Below are positions 1 through 8,704 of a DNA stretch of 37,736 nt, piece after piece (the first letter of the stretch is position 1; the number at the start of each line of letters is the position of its first letter). The DNA is taken from positions 1 to 37,736 of the IMG/VR virus record IMGVR_UViG_3300032320_003318; one strand, written 5' to 3'. Under the pieces are notes generated by a model, which worked only from the letters and a program-made list of their open reading frames with translations, was not told the DNA's origin and made no database searches. Origin of the DNA: a virus. Lineage: Duplodnaviria; Caudoviricetes. Made by a program: the position numbers and the translations under genes.

Positions 1-1035
1 GGGGGAGGGTCTGATAATCAGACGCTGTCGTTTGATGATAATAACGCAACCCTGTCTTTTTTACGCGGCAACACAATAAGTCTTTCAGCATTGAGTGGCG
101 GTGGCGGCGGTACCGGTATTACTGTCGAGACCGACCCTATATTTACTACTTGGGCTCAATCCAATAGCGCGAAGTATGAATCTACATACACTTCTTTTAA
201 TACAAATAGCGCGAAGTATAACTCTGTTTATACAACCGTAGGCGCTAATAGCGCTGGATGGGGATCATTATCTGCTCTCAATGATGTAAACATTCCCAGC
301 CCTCTAAACGGGCAGGTATTACAATATAGCGCTGCTACAAATAAATGGATTGCTGGGTCGCCAGCTTCTGCGACTGGTGCTACAGGATATTACGGCTCAT
401 TTTATGATACCACCGCTGGAGTACTCAGCAGCGCTACCCAGGCAAAAAGAGTTAATATTGCACAAACTTTTGAATCAAACGGCATTAGTGTAAATGATAG
501 TAAGATAATATTTAGCCATGCCGGCACCTATGAGTTAATCTATAGTATTCAATATAAGAACACAGTTAACAGCCCGCATGACATATTTATATGGCTCAGA
601 AAAAATGGAGTAGATGTGCCGTATAGCAGCTCTATATTTTTAATAAATGCTCACAAGCCCAATGATGCAGTATCGCAGCTAATCGCTGTAACTCCATTTA
701 TAGCAACCCTAACTGCTGGGGAATATTTCGAAATATATTGGCATAGTGACAGTACGAATGTGTCTATAGAGACGTTTCCGGGCCAGGAGACGAACCCGAC
801 AATCCCACAGACCCCAGGGGTCATTGTAACAGTAAAGCAAATCACCAATCTACTATTACCGACAGTAGGTACATATCTACCGCTCTCTGGCGGCTCCTTG
901 ACGGGGCCGGTATCTTCTAATCAAGATATAGAGATAACAGATTCTACAAAAGGAATCATTTTGCGCTCACCTAGTAGCATTAAATATAGAGTGACGGTGA
1001 GCGATTTAGGCGAACTTATAACTACACAAATATAA
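1..1035 (+). CDS. Virion/tail-fibre-like protein, 5'-truncated by the window edge
   Basis: Frame is open from base 1 (GGGSDNQTLSFDDNNATLSF...), so the TTG at 91 is not the start. Contains 14-aa NSAKYxSxYTxx repeats, an LSALNDV...GQVLQY...KW fibre motif and a C1q/BclA-like beta domain (IIFSHAGTYELIYSIQY). Confidence 0.6.
   Translation, partial: GGGSDNQTLSFDDNNATLSFLRGNTISLSALSGGGGGTGITVETDPIFTTWAQSNSAKYESTYTSFNTNSAKYNSVYTTVGANSAGWGSLSALNDVNIPSPLNGQVLQYSAATNKWIAGSPASATGATGYYGSFYDTTAGVLSSATQAKRVNIAQTFESNGISVNDSKIIFSHAGTYELIYSIQYKNTVNSPHDIFIWLRKNGVDVPYSSSIFLINAHKPNDAVSQLIAVTPFIATLTAGEYFEIYWHSDSTNVSIETFPGQETNPTIPQTPGVIVTVKQITNLLLPTVGTYLPLSGGSLTGPVSSNQDIEITDSTKGIILRSPSSIKYRVTVSDLGELITTQI
163..255 (+). 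repeat. 42-nt period coding repeat (AATAGCGC at 163, 205, 247)
   Basis: AATAGCGCGAAGTAT is exact at 163-177 and 205-219; a third unit starts at 247. Encodes a 14-aa repeat. Confidence 0.8.
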
Positions 1036-1036
1036 T

Positions 1037-1924
1037 ATGCCAATACATGTAACAACTTCTACTACCCAGAGCTTGAGCAACAAGACGTTTGTTGATAGGG
1101 TGTCGACGACCGGGGTTGTATATGCGAGTAGTGGTAATAGTAATCAGTGGAGTAGTACTTATAGCTCTTTTAATGCTGCGAGTGGTAGGTATGACTCTAC
1201 GTATACGACCGTAAGTAGTAGTAGTGCTAACTGGCAGAATACTTATACTACCGTGAGGACTACAAGCGGAGGATATATAACAAATATAGTAAAAGGTATT
1301 AATAGCGAATTTAATTCAACTGGACAAGGCCTTCTAAGCTGCACGCGACCGGGAGGTACATTTACAGTCGATTTAGGACTAGATCCACAGTCCTCCCCTA
1401 CTTTTCAGGGGTTAATCATACGTGATGTTTCCCTTAGCATAGCCGCGCCGGATGAAGAGATCGGAGGAACGGGCCAAATACTAAAACTATATGGCTTTAA
1501 TGCAGTCTGGTACCCGGATACAGGTGAAAGTGCCTATACTACTTTCAGGGGTATTTCGAGTAATTTAATATTAGGTCAACTCGGGATTACGATTGACGGG
1601 GCCGGATCTTTCATTACTACAGGTATAAAGCAATATTTAAGAGTTCCTTATAATTGTAATATAACCTCAGCGGAAATTGTTGCCGACGCGGTTGGGTCTA
1701 TAGATATAGATATATATAAAAGTTCATACGCAAATTTTCCCCCGACAGTAAGTATTATTACTGGAAGCGGTAATCGACCGGCTCTGAATGGTGCTCGCAC
1801 GTATAGAAATACAACTCTTACGGGATGGGTTACTGCTCTTAGTGCTGGGGAGTATCTCGGATTTGATGTAATATCTAGAGATGCTGTAAAGAAAGTATCC
1901 CTGACGTTGGTGACGAGGAGGTAA
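1037..1924 (+). CDS. Ser/Thr-rich virion/fibre protein
   Basis: Same 14-aa repeat (NSNQWSSTYSSFNA/ASGRYDSTYTTVSS/SSANWQNTYTTVRT) and a beta-rich C-terminal domain; lies among structural-type genes. Confidence 0.55.
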   Translation: MPIHVTTSTTQSLSNKTFVDRVSTTGVVYASSGNSNQWSSTYSSFNAASGRYDSTYTTVSSSSANWQNTYTTVRTTSGGYITNIVKGINSEFNSTGQGLLSCTRPGGTFTVDLGLDPQSSPTFQGLIIRDVSLSIAAPDEEIGGTGQILKLYGFNAVWYPDTGESAYTTFRGISSNLILGQLGITIDGAGSFITTGIKQYLRVPYNCNITSAEIVADAVGSIDIDIYKSSYANFPPTVSIITGSGNRPALNGARTYRNTTLTGWVTALSAGEYLGFDVISRDAVKKVSLTLVTRR

Positions 1925-1930
1925 AAAAAT

Positions 1931-2263
1931 ATGAATGTGGTAGACAATATTAGAACAGAAATGAATAATGGCTGGGAATTATTTCCTGAGTGGATAAAGG
2001 AATTATTTTTACCTATAAAGGAAGTAGTTATTTTGTTATTAGATGAAGAGATGGAGGCGTTAGCGCGTGATACCGTTGCGCTTCAGCAATGCTCGGTTGA
2101 TGAAACTGCTGAACGTCAGAGTGAATTTAACACATGTAAGCAATCTATTTTAGATGGTATAGATAGTATTATCGCTTATAGAGATGCAAATGACCCAACA
2201 AAAAAGCCAGATTTTATTGAAGCTCAGAGACTAGCAGCAGAGAGGAGAGCGGGGCTAAGATGA
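1931..2263 (+). CDS. Hypothetical acidic helical protein (possible fibre chaperone)
   Basis: 110-aa ORF packed between two fibre-like genes, with an ATGA overlap with the next gene. Function inferred from context only. Confidence 0.45.
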   Translation: MNVVDNIRTEMNNGWELFPEWIKELFLPIKEVVILLLDEEMEALARDTVALQQCSVDETAERQSEFNTCKQSILDGIDSIIAYRDANDPTKKPDFIEAQRLAAERRAGLR

Positions 2264-3378
2264 GTATACAGAGCATACCGACATTTGCATTACCTCGCCT
2301 TCCAAGTCAAATCTCTGCGGGACCTACGGTCACTGGAGGCGTTGCATTTGAAATTACTGCATTAAACTCATATGTTGCATATGTTTGCAGAATGCCATCC
2401 ACAGGGGCAGTTGATTCTGTATTTTTTAGAGTATTTTCTGCCCAGTGCCAAGGTCCTGTAACGGTAGAGGTGTCATTCGAATCGGTAACGGCCTCTGGAC
2501 CCGCACCCGGTACGCCTACCGGGTTTCCTTTAAGCGCTGCAGCGGCTAAATCTGTTGCTGTAAGTAATAACGCGAATCCAGCAGACTATGAAGTAAGATT
2601 TTCATCGCCGATTAATATCGATAGAGGGCAGTTGCTTTCAATTGTATTAGCGGTAACTGCTGGCACATTAACCGGCACGGGATTGAGATTTGCAAATTTC
2701 TCAGATGATAATGTAGGCACTTCGTTTCCCTATTGCCTCGATAGTACCGGATCTACCGTCGGTATTGTAAATGATGATGTTGCTCCAGGGCTCGGTATAG
2801 GGCTAAGCGCTGTATCAGCAGTACCATTACAATTTTGCTGGCCAATGAATGCTGCACCCTCGACTTTGAGTTTTAACGCTTCAGCAATGCATGGTAATAG
2901 AATTACTGTTGATTCAAAAATAAGGGTCTGCGGGGCTACTGTATGGGGAGATGCTGCTCTCGCAAATGCTGCGATTAACCTGTATGATAGTAACGGGGCT
3001 CTCCTAGTAACTGGTGATTGGAATTATAATATACCAAATGATACTACTAGTCGAGAGCATAATATTATATTTCCAACCGCTGTTACCTTGACCCCGGGTA
3101 CATATTATCTCGGAGTAAGCGGCGGTAGGAGTGGTACTTCAACTACCGTTACAATGTATTATGCATCTTTTGCTTCCTCTTTCTGGAGAATGGCATCTCC
3201 TATGGGAGGTACATCTGTAATGTATATAAGTAGTAATACTTCGAACGGGTTCTCGGGAGCTTGGAGCGAAATTGCCACAAGACAAACCTTTATAGGGTTA
3301 CTGGTTGATGGTGTAGACGATGGTACAGGAGATGCCGGGGCGAGCGGCGGTGAAACATCCAGTGTATTTTTTGCTTAA
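2260..3378 (+). CDS. Beta-rich virion protein (two tandem jelly-roll-like domains)
   Basis: Ser/Thr/Gly/Ala-rich; two similar motifs, VRFSSPINIDRGQLLSIVL and IIFPTAVTLTPGTYYLGV. Confidence 0.5.
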   Translation: MSIQSIPTFALPRLPSQISAGPTVTGGVAFEITALNSYVAYVCRMPSTGAVDSVFFRVFSAQCQGPVTVEVSFESVTASGPAPGTPTGFPLSAAAAKSVAVSNNANPADYEVRFSSPINIDRGQLLSIVLAVTAGTLTGTGLRFANFSDDNVGTSFPYCLDSTGSTVGIVNDDVAPGLGIGLSAVSAVPLQFCWPMNAAPSTLSFNASAMHGNRITVDSKIRVCGATVWGDAALANAAINLYDSNGALLVTGDWNYNIPNDTTSREHNIIFPTAVTLTPGTYYLGVSGGRSGTSTTVTMYYASFASSFWRMASPMGGTSVMYISSNTSNGFSGAWSEIATRQTFIGLLVDGVDDGTGDAGASGGETSSVFFA

Positions 3379-3385
3379 ATAAATA
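3376..3385 (+). promoter_or_regulatory. T4-late-like TAAATA boxes (tandem, overlapping)
   Basis: TAAATA at 3376-3381 and 3380-3385, 8 and 4 nt before ATG 3390. Confidence 0.5.
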
Positions 3386-3389
3386 TAAA

Positions 3390-4145
3390 ATGAAAAATCC
3401 AGAAACAGAGGAAATTGATAAAGACATTGATAGTCTTTTAGAGATATACCAACTTTTGATAAAGGGTCTTCTTAAAAATCCTCCCGGGGGAGCATCAACA
3501 TATAAAGCAACTATTGAGTTTAAACTTAAAAAATTATACAACCAGAAAGTCAGCAATCTCGCAAAGACTGAGGAGGATTTTAAAGTTCTCATGGACCAAA
3601 TCCGAAAGGGTAAGAAAGTCGAGCAAGAGCATGACGTGAGTGAGATTGAGGCTATAAAAATCGCTCTGGACCATCTTGAGGAAGATCCAAAGTACTACAC
3701 TAAACTTAAAAAAATGGAAGAATCCCTATCGTTTAGTGATTATTACAATCTTGTATTAGCCCTCGAGCAGGAGACCTTAGGATTGGTAGAGCCTATAAAA
3801 ATTGAGGGCATTGACACGGAACTCGTTGCCCTTATAGACTCGGGAAACGCCGCATATAATGTGCTACACGGCGTAGATATTGAGGATAGGGGTAGTGAGG
3901 TGGAGTTTATAACTACCAATAACGTGAGAGTGGTAAAACCTAAAGTAGATGAGATTACTATTCACGTTGGAGCGGGTCATGATGAACATAGACCCGTCGT
4001 AGAATTTACTATCGAGATCGGAAGTAAGGTATATCCTGATGTTAAGTTTAGCATCGGGGATAGAACAGAAAATCAGCACCCAGTGTTAATAGGTGCTGAT
4101 TTTCTTAAGCAAGTTAATGCTCTTATCGATGTAAGCAAAGAGTGA
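3390..4145 (+). CDS. DUF5661-like domain fused to a retropepsin-like (RimK-associated, PF05618-type) protease
   Basis: GKKVEQEH...IALDHLEEDPKYYTKL (DUF5661-like), then ALIDSGN...RPVVEF...FSIGDR...PVLIGADFL (retropepsin D[ST]G and the C-terminal LIG motif). Confidence 0.7.
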   Translation: MKNPETEEIDKDIDSLLEIYQLLIKGLLKNPPGGASTYKATIEFKLKKLYNQKVSNLAKTEEDFKVLMDQIRKGKKVEQEHDVSEIEAIKIALDHLEEDPKYYTKLKKMEESLSFSDYYNLVLALEQETLGLVEPIKIEGIDTELVALIDSGNAAYNVLHGVDIEDRGSEVEFITTNNVRVVKPKVDEITIHVGAGHDEHRPVVEFTIEIGSKVYPDVKFSIGDRTENQHPVLIGADFLKQVNALIDVSKE

Positions 4146-4772
4146 TTACTTCTTTGCGAATTCTACAAACTTATAGAATTCATTGCGGGTAGACTCTTCA
4201 TCGAGGAATGATCCACTCATGCGCGCAGTCCGCATAGTCGAGTCGTGCTTGATGCCTCTATTAGAGCAGCAAGTATGATTTGCTTCAATCAAAACAGCAA
4301 CACCTTTATTGTTTTCACATACTTTATCGATATATTCATGAATTTGCATTGTGCAATTTTCTTGAACTTGAGGTCTACGAGAGAACCAATCAACGATTCT
4401 ATTTAACTTGCTCAAGCCGATTACCTTGCCATCTTTACTGGGTATATAGGCAACGTGAGCAAAGCCAGTCCAAGCGAGGTGATGGTGAGAGCAGAGACTA
4501 ACTACTTTAATATTAGTCTGCGCTACAATCCCGTCATACCCATCGACATTATCGAATGCGGTAACTTTTGGAGGAGCCGAGTAGCAGCCCATTCCAATAT
4601 CGTTAACAAACGCTTTTGCTACTCTCATTGGAGTATCGGCGGAATTCGGATCATTTCTCCAATCAAAACCAAGAGCATCCATATAAGACTCATATGCTTT
4701 GGCAGCGTTTAAAATAATCTCTTTTTTCTCTTCTTCTGTTCGTGGAATATTTAAATTAGCGTATTTTAGCAT
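4146..4772 (-). CDS. folE: GTP cyclohydrolase I
   Basis: DTPMRVAK, SLCSHH, GLSKLNRIV..FSRRPQVQE and EANHTC..RG motifs. Confidence 0.95.
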   Translation of the reverse strand: MLKYANLNIPRTEEEKKEIILNAAKAYESYMDALGFDWRNDPNSADTPMRVAKAFVNDIGMGCYSAPPKVTAFDNVDGYDGIVAQTNIKVVSLCSHHHLAWTGFAHVAYIPSKDGKVIGLSKLNRIVDWFSRRPQVQENCTMQIHEYIDKVCENNKGVAVLIEANHTCCSNRGIKHDSTMRTARMSGSFLDEESTRNEFYKFVEFAKK

Positions 4773-4778
4773 AAATAT

Positions 4779-4806
4779 AATATAATGGTTTTCTCGATAT
4801 AATCAA
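4779..4806 (-). promoter_or_regulatory. Sigma70-like promoter of folE (leaderless geometry)
   Basis: TTGATT-N16-TATATT-N6-ATG on the minus strand. Confidence 0.65.
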
Positions 4807-4823
4807 TAAATAAATGTATAAAA

Positions 4824-5708
4824 ATGAAATTTAACAGAATACTTGAGCAATATGTAAAGGAGAACGAATCTCTTACCAAGGTGAGATTAAAAGTCGACCC
4901 TAAAGACAGTATAGGTATAGATTTTAGAAATTTTGATGGATATGAAGGGTATATTATAAAGGAAGGTAAATATTTTAGTATTCTTTTTGAAGGGGTAGAT
5001 CTGCCTATTATGCAGGTCCCTTTTTCAGTTATTAAAGTTATTAAAATAGGGGATACTGATATTCTTGAGAAGGTTAAGGTTGCGGCCATAGAAAAAATAA
5101 ACAGAATTAAAGAAATAACTCCGGAGTTTTTAAATAAAATTTCAGCATGCACTAGTGTAGATTTTCTTGAGCAATACCTAAAAGAGGAAGGCCTATCGGA
5201 GAGTGATATTAAATCTATATATAAAAATAATATGTTCTCAGAAGATATAGATGTCGGAAAATTGGCCGGTTATGCTTTATTTCCGGATACACTCTTAAAG
5301 AAATTTTCCGATATGACAGGGCCTGGTAAATCAGCTTCAACTCCAGATGCAGATGCAGATGCATCTAAAAAATCTGGCAATAGTGTAGATTTTCCCCAAA
5401 TTAAATTAAAATTTAATAGAACTAGCAGGATAGCTTTAAAATTTAAACCAGGCAATACAAATGATTTACTGTTGCAACTCGGAAAAATTTCAAAGCTCCC
5501 TGAAGATATGTATTATAATTCCGCTACTGGTGATATATTTAAAATACACGAAGTTATGGGTAAGATTAACAAATTAGAAATATGCAATATGTATATTAAT
5601 AAGGACCTTAAATCCATGGTTAACGAGCCAAAATTGCAAGCATATTTTAATAGCAATATCGACGATAATTTTATTAAATACTCTATATTTAAATTATTTA
5701 AAAATTGA
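4824..5708 (+). CDS. Hypothetical phage protein
   Basis: 294-aa ORF with TAAATA at 4807-4812. The N-terminal region (KVRLKVDP...YEGYIIKE) is SH3-like at best; there is a low-complexity linker. Confidence 0.6.
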   Translation: MKFNRILEQYVKENESLTKVRLKVDPKDSIGIDFRNFDGYEGYIIKEGKYFSILFEGVDLPIMQVPFSVIKVIKIGDTDILEKVKVAAIEKINRIKEITPEFLNKISACTSVDFLEQYLKEEGLSESDIKSIYKNNMFSEDIDVGKLAGYALFPDTLLKKFSDMTGPGKSASTPDADADASKKSGNSVDFPQIKLKFNRTSRIALKFKPGNTNDLLLQLGKISKLPEDMYYNSATGDIFKIHEVMGKINKLEICNMYINKDLKSMVNEPKLQAYFNSNIDDNFIKYSIFKLFKN

Positions 5709-5732
5709 TTACCGCTCAATATACCATATATT
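5705..5732 (+). promoter_or_regulatory. Sigma70-like promoter of queD
   Basis: TTGATT-N16-TATATT-N5-ATG(5738). Confidence 0.65.
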
Positions 5733-5737
5733 ATGGT

Positions 5738-6322
5738 ATGAGCAAGTTTCAAAGTACAAAAGTAATCGAGTTAGGTTCGTCAGCATTCAGACAGTGGAGA
5801 GCATCGCATAGTCATTGCCAGTATGTTCACGGATATCAGTTAAAGGCAAAATTTTGGTTTGGATGTTCTGAACTGGATGATAAAAATTGGGCCGCTGATT
5901 TTGGCGGTTTAAAAGAATTAAAAACGCATTTACATAATACATTTGACCATAAACTGCTTATTGCGTCAGATGATCCGTGTTTGGATGAGTTTATTCTTTT
6001 AGAGAAGAAGGGGGCGGTTCAGCTATCTATATTTGAAAATGGTGTTGGTATTGAGAGAGCGGCTGAATATTGCTTTAAAACTGCTTCCGAGTTTATCAAA
6101 GATAAGTATGGAGAACGGGTATGGGTTGAGAGAGTGGAGGTATTCGAACATGAGGATAACTCTGCTATATACTCTGTATCCAGTGCTGTTGATGAGCCTG
6201 TAAGCCAGCATGCCCCTTCCAAAGAAGTTGAAGTACCTGCTGCTCCAGCTGTGAGGGATAGAGCAGCGCCATTATATTGTAGGACGGATAAATCGCTTGC
6301 GGATATCTTAGCCGGTCGGTGA
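5738..6322 (+). CDS. queD: 6-carboxy-tetrahydropterin synthase / PTPS family, with a low-complexity C-terminal tail
   Basis: SHCQYVHGY, DFGGLKELK...FDHKLLI and VEVFEHEDNSA motifs. Start moved from TTG 5705 to ATG 5738. Confidence 0.85.
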   Translation: MSKFQSTKVIELGSSAFRQWRASHSHCQYVHGYQLKAKFWFGCSELDDKNWAADFGGLKELKTHLHNTFDHKLLIASDDPCLDEFILLEKKGAVQLSIFENGVGIERAAEYCFKTASEFIKDKYGERVWVERVEVFEHEDNSAIYSVSSAVDEPVSQHAPSKEVEVPAAPAVRDRAAPLYCRTDKSLADILAGR

Positions 6323-7048
6323 TATTCCCTCTACAACTTCGCATATATATGCGAGTAGGGGGTGACGAACGATTTCGTTATTGGTGAAAGTAAAGGTGTG
6401 GATTCCCATATCTTTACTTTTTTCCGTATCAAAGGCCCGATGAACATCCATAAAGCCTGTCTTGTACCCAATATCACTTTGCCTGCTATCTCCAAGGAGA
6501 ACATATCTCGACCCAATACCGAATCTGGTTAGAACAGTTATTAGTTCCGATTTTGTCATATTTTGACATTCGTCAACAATAACTATACTATTTTTAAACG
6601 TTAATCCTCTAACTAAGTTTACGGGCACACAGTTAATAGAGCCAGATTTCATTATGTGATGAACATCAGTAGGAGATAAAAGCTCGTGTAGCTTATCCAT
6701 TAAGGGCATGGACCAGGGATGGAACTTTTCGTGTAAATCCCCGGGTAGATATCCCAGTTTATTAGAGGCTGATTCAACTACACTTCTAATATATACAATA
6801 TCGTCTATTTGACTTTTTCTTAAAAGCAATAATGCCGCAAGTGTTGCAATATATGTTTTAGAGCTACCAGCAGGTCCGTTAACAATGCACATATTTGTTC
6901 CGGGATTCAATATACTTTCAAGGAATTGCTTATGTATATTGCTTAGCGGGAATTCGTTGTTTATAACGAATTTGTTGTTCCACTGCTTCTCTAAACTCGC
7001 TTCGACCTCATTGAGAGATCCCGACTTAGGCCTTGCTTTTCTTGGCAT
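6308..7048 (-). CDS. phoH: PhoH family ATPase
   Basis: GPAGSSKT, LGYLPGDL.EK, RGLTF...IVDECQN, LTRFG..S...LLGD..QSD and IVRH motifs. Start at 7048 chosen from TAAATA (7061-7056)-N7-ATG; 7066 is an alternative. Confidence 0.92.
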   Translation of the reverse strand: MPRKARPKSGSLNEVEASLEKQWNNKFVINNEFPLSNIHKQFLESILNPGTNMCIVNGPAGSSKTYIATLAALLLLRKSQIDDIVYIRSVVESASNKLGYLPGDLHEKFHPWSMPLMDKLHELLSPTDVHHIMKSGSINCVPVNLVRGLTFKNSIVIVDECQNMTKSELITVLTRFGIGSRYVLLGDSRQSDIGYKTGFMDVHRAFDTEKSKDMGIHTFTFTNNEIVRHPLLAYICEVVEGISPTG

Positions 7049-7055
7049 ATACATA

Positions 7056-7102
7056 TATTTAGTCATATTTCGCTTGGATTTATCATTTATCTAAAGTAAA
7101 TA
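7056..7102. promoter_or_regulatory. Divergent pair of TAAATA boxes (phoH on minus, kinase on plus)
   Basis: Minus-strand TAAATA at 7061-7056; plus-strand TAAATA at 7097-7102-N6-ATG 7109, with TTGGAT at 7074-7079. Confidence 0.5.
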
Positions 7103-7108
7103 ACGTAT

Positions 7109-7816
7109 ATGAGAATAGCAGTTTCAGGCACGGCCAATACCGGTAAAACAACTTTTATTAAGGATTTTCTTGGTAAGTGGAAAAACTATACTACCCCGGA
7201 AAAGACCTATCGAGATGTTATTGCTGAAGGCAATTTACCTCATAGTGATAAAACTAATATAGCTACCCAGAGAGCGATTTTGGACCACCAAGTATTAACT
7301 CAGTCTCAATATAAGAAAACAGATAATGTTATATTTGATAGATGCCCGTTTGATAATCTCGTATATTCCATGTGGGCTTTAAACCAGGGCGAAGGAGATA
7401 TAAATGAAAAATTTATTGATGAGTGTATCCCTCTTGTGAGAGAGTCAATGAAGAATCTTGATGTTATTTTCTTTATACCTATTACAAAAGCAGCTCCGAT
7501 TAATATTGAGGATGATGGGACGCGTCAAGCAAACGAGCAATATATCAAGGAGGTAGACTTGCTATTTAAGGAATTTCAGAGACGATATAACCATCAATCT
7601 CTTGAGCCCTTCTTTCCTCAAGACGATTCTCCCGCTATAATTGAAATCTTTGGTAGCAGACAAGAGAGGCTTTATATGGCTGGACTTTATATCGATAATG
7701 ACGGCGATGCTATCGAGGGGGATATGGAGTCAATAATCGGTAAGGATGCGATGGAAGAACTTTTTAAAACTCAAAAAGAAGAGTTGTTCAAGAAAGATAA
7801 TATTATATTTACTTAA
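7109..7816 (+). CDS. P-loop nucleotide kinase-like protein (AAA_28 / dNMP kinase-like)
   Basis: MRIAVSGTANTGKTT Walker A, IFDRCPFD and EDDGTR lid. Confidence 0.7.
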   Translation: MRIAVSGTANTGKTTFIKDFLGKWKNYTTPEKTYRDVIAEGNLPHSDKTNIATQRAILDHQVLTQSQYKKTDNVIFDRCPFDNLVYSMWALNQGEGDINEKFIDECIPLVRESMKNLDVIFFIPITKAAPINIEDDGTRQANEQYIKEVDLLFKEFQRRYNHQSLEPFFPQDDSPAIIEIFGSRQERLYMAGLYIDNDGDAIEGDMESIIGKDAMEELFKTQKEELFKKDNIIFT

Positions 7817-8667
7817 GCGCTTACACCAAGTAAGTTGTATATATCCTCGGTGGATAGTCTTTCCAGCATTAGCTGCGCCGGCGTAGTTATATTTTTAAAA
7901 TGAATATAATTGAGCAGAGAGGGTTTAGGGATGACGTTATTATCTATAGAGCCATCCCCTAGAGATACATTACCATCTGTAGATGCTCTAAGTGCTACTC
8001 TCGTAGGTTTACATACATAAAAAAAGCCATCAATCGTTGAGGTTATTGTGGTCTTCCCTTTCAAGGCCTTCGCTGGTACATATTTAATATCTCCAACAAG
8101 CATTGTTCTCTCTGGTGGATCAATTTGTGCTAGATTTAAAAATATATTGCACCCATATGATTCGCCTGCGTATTCTCCTGTAAACTCATAGTATCTGCCA
8201 GGATTTCTAACTACAAAACTTACAGCAGCTCTTACTTTATATGTACCGGGAAGAAGAAATATACTCCCCTCGTCTCTAATTATACTGGTATTAATAGGAT
8301 ATAGATTAGATATTGAATTCACTCCAACAAAATTAAAAGGTATAATGAAATTGTTAGTATTTTTTATAATGACCTCTTTTTCCAGTGTAGGGTCTAACTT
8401 ATAATATAAAGATATATGCCCAGTAGTGCTTTCGGCAGGCACGAGAGCGCTTGCAGCTATAAAAAAGCTATCATTTATTTGATTTAATCTTTGAGTATTT
8501 AGCTCGACTTGAGCCCCGAATTCGCAGTTATAATTTTTAAACCTTATATCTTTTAACGATATAGTCCGCATTCCTTCGGGAGTATCGATAATAATTTTAT
8601 CATTAGGATCGATTTCATTGAATGCGGGGATGCTATTAAATGTTATAGCGATAGAGTCGTTACTCAT
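7813..8667 (-). CDS. Fibre-family paralogue (N-terminal anchor + C1q-like domain)
   Basis: Shares the IP...DKIII...I.F N-terminus and SIFLLPGTYKVRAAVSF with the upstream paralogues; perfect late box upstream. Confidence 0.55.
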   Translation of the reverse strand: MSNDSIAITFNSIPAFNEIDPNDKIIIDTPEGMRTISLKDIRFKNYNCEFGAQVELNTQRLNQINDSFFIAASALVPAESTTGHISLYYKLDPTLEKEVIIKNTNNFIIPFNFVGVNSISNLYPINTSIIRDEGSIFLLPGTYKVRAAVSFVVRNPGRYYEFTGEYAGESYGCNIFLNLAQIDPPERTMLVGDIKYVPAKALKGKTTITSTIDGFFYVCKPTRVALRASTDGNVSLGDGSIDNNVIPKPSLLNYIHFKNITTPAQLMLERLSTEDIYNLLGVSA

Positions 8668-8672
8668 ATCTA

Positions 8673-8680
8673 TATTTATA
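8673..8680 (-). promoter_or_regulatory. T4-type late promoter TATAAATA
   Basis: TATAAATA-N5-ATG(8667). Confidence 0.7.
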
Positions 8681-8704
8681 CTATTTTATACTAATTGAAA
8701 TAAT

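Noticed and set aside
5346-5363. (GATGCA)3 microsatellite
   Set aside because: In-frame 6-nt unit encoding a DADADA linker; no phase-variation potential.
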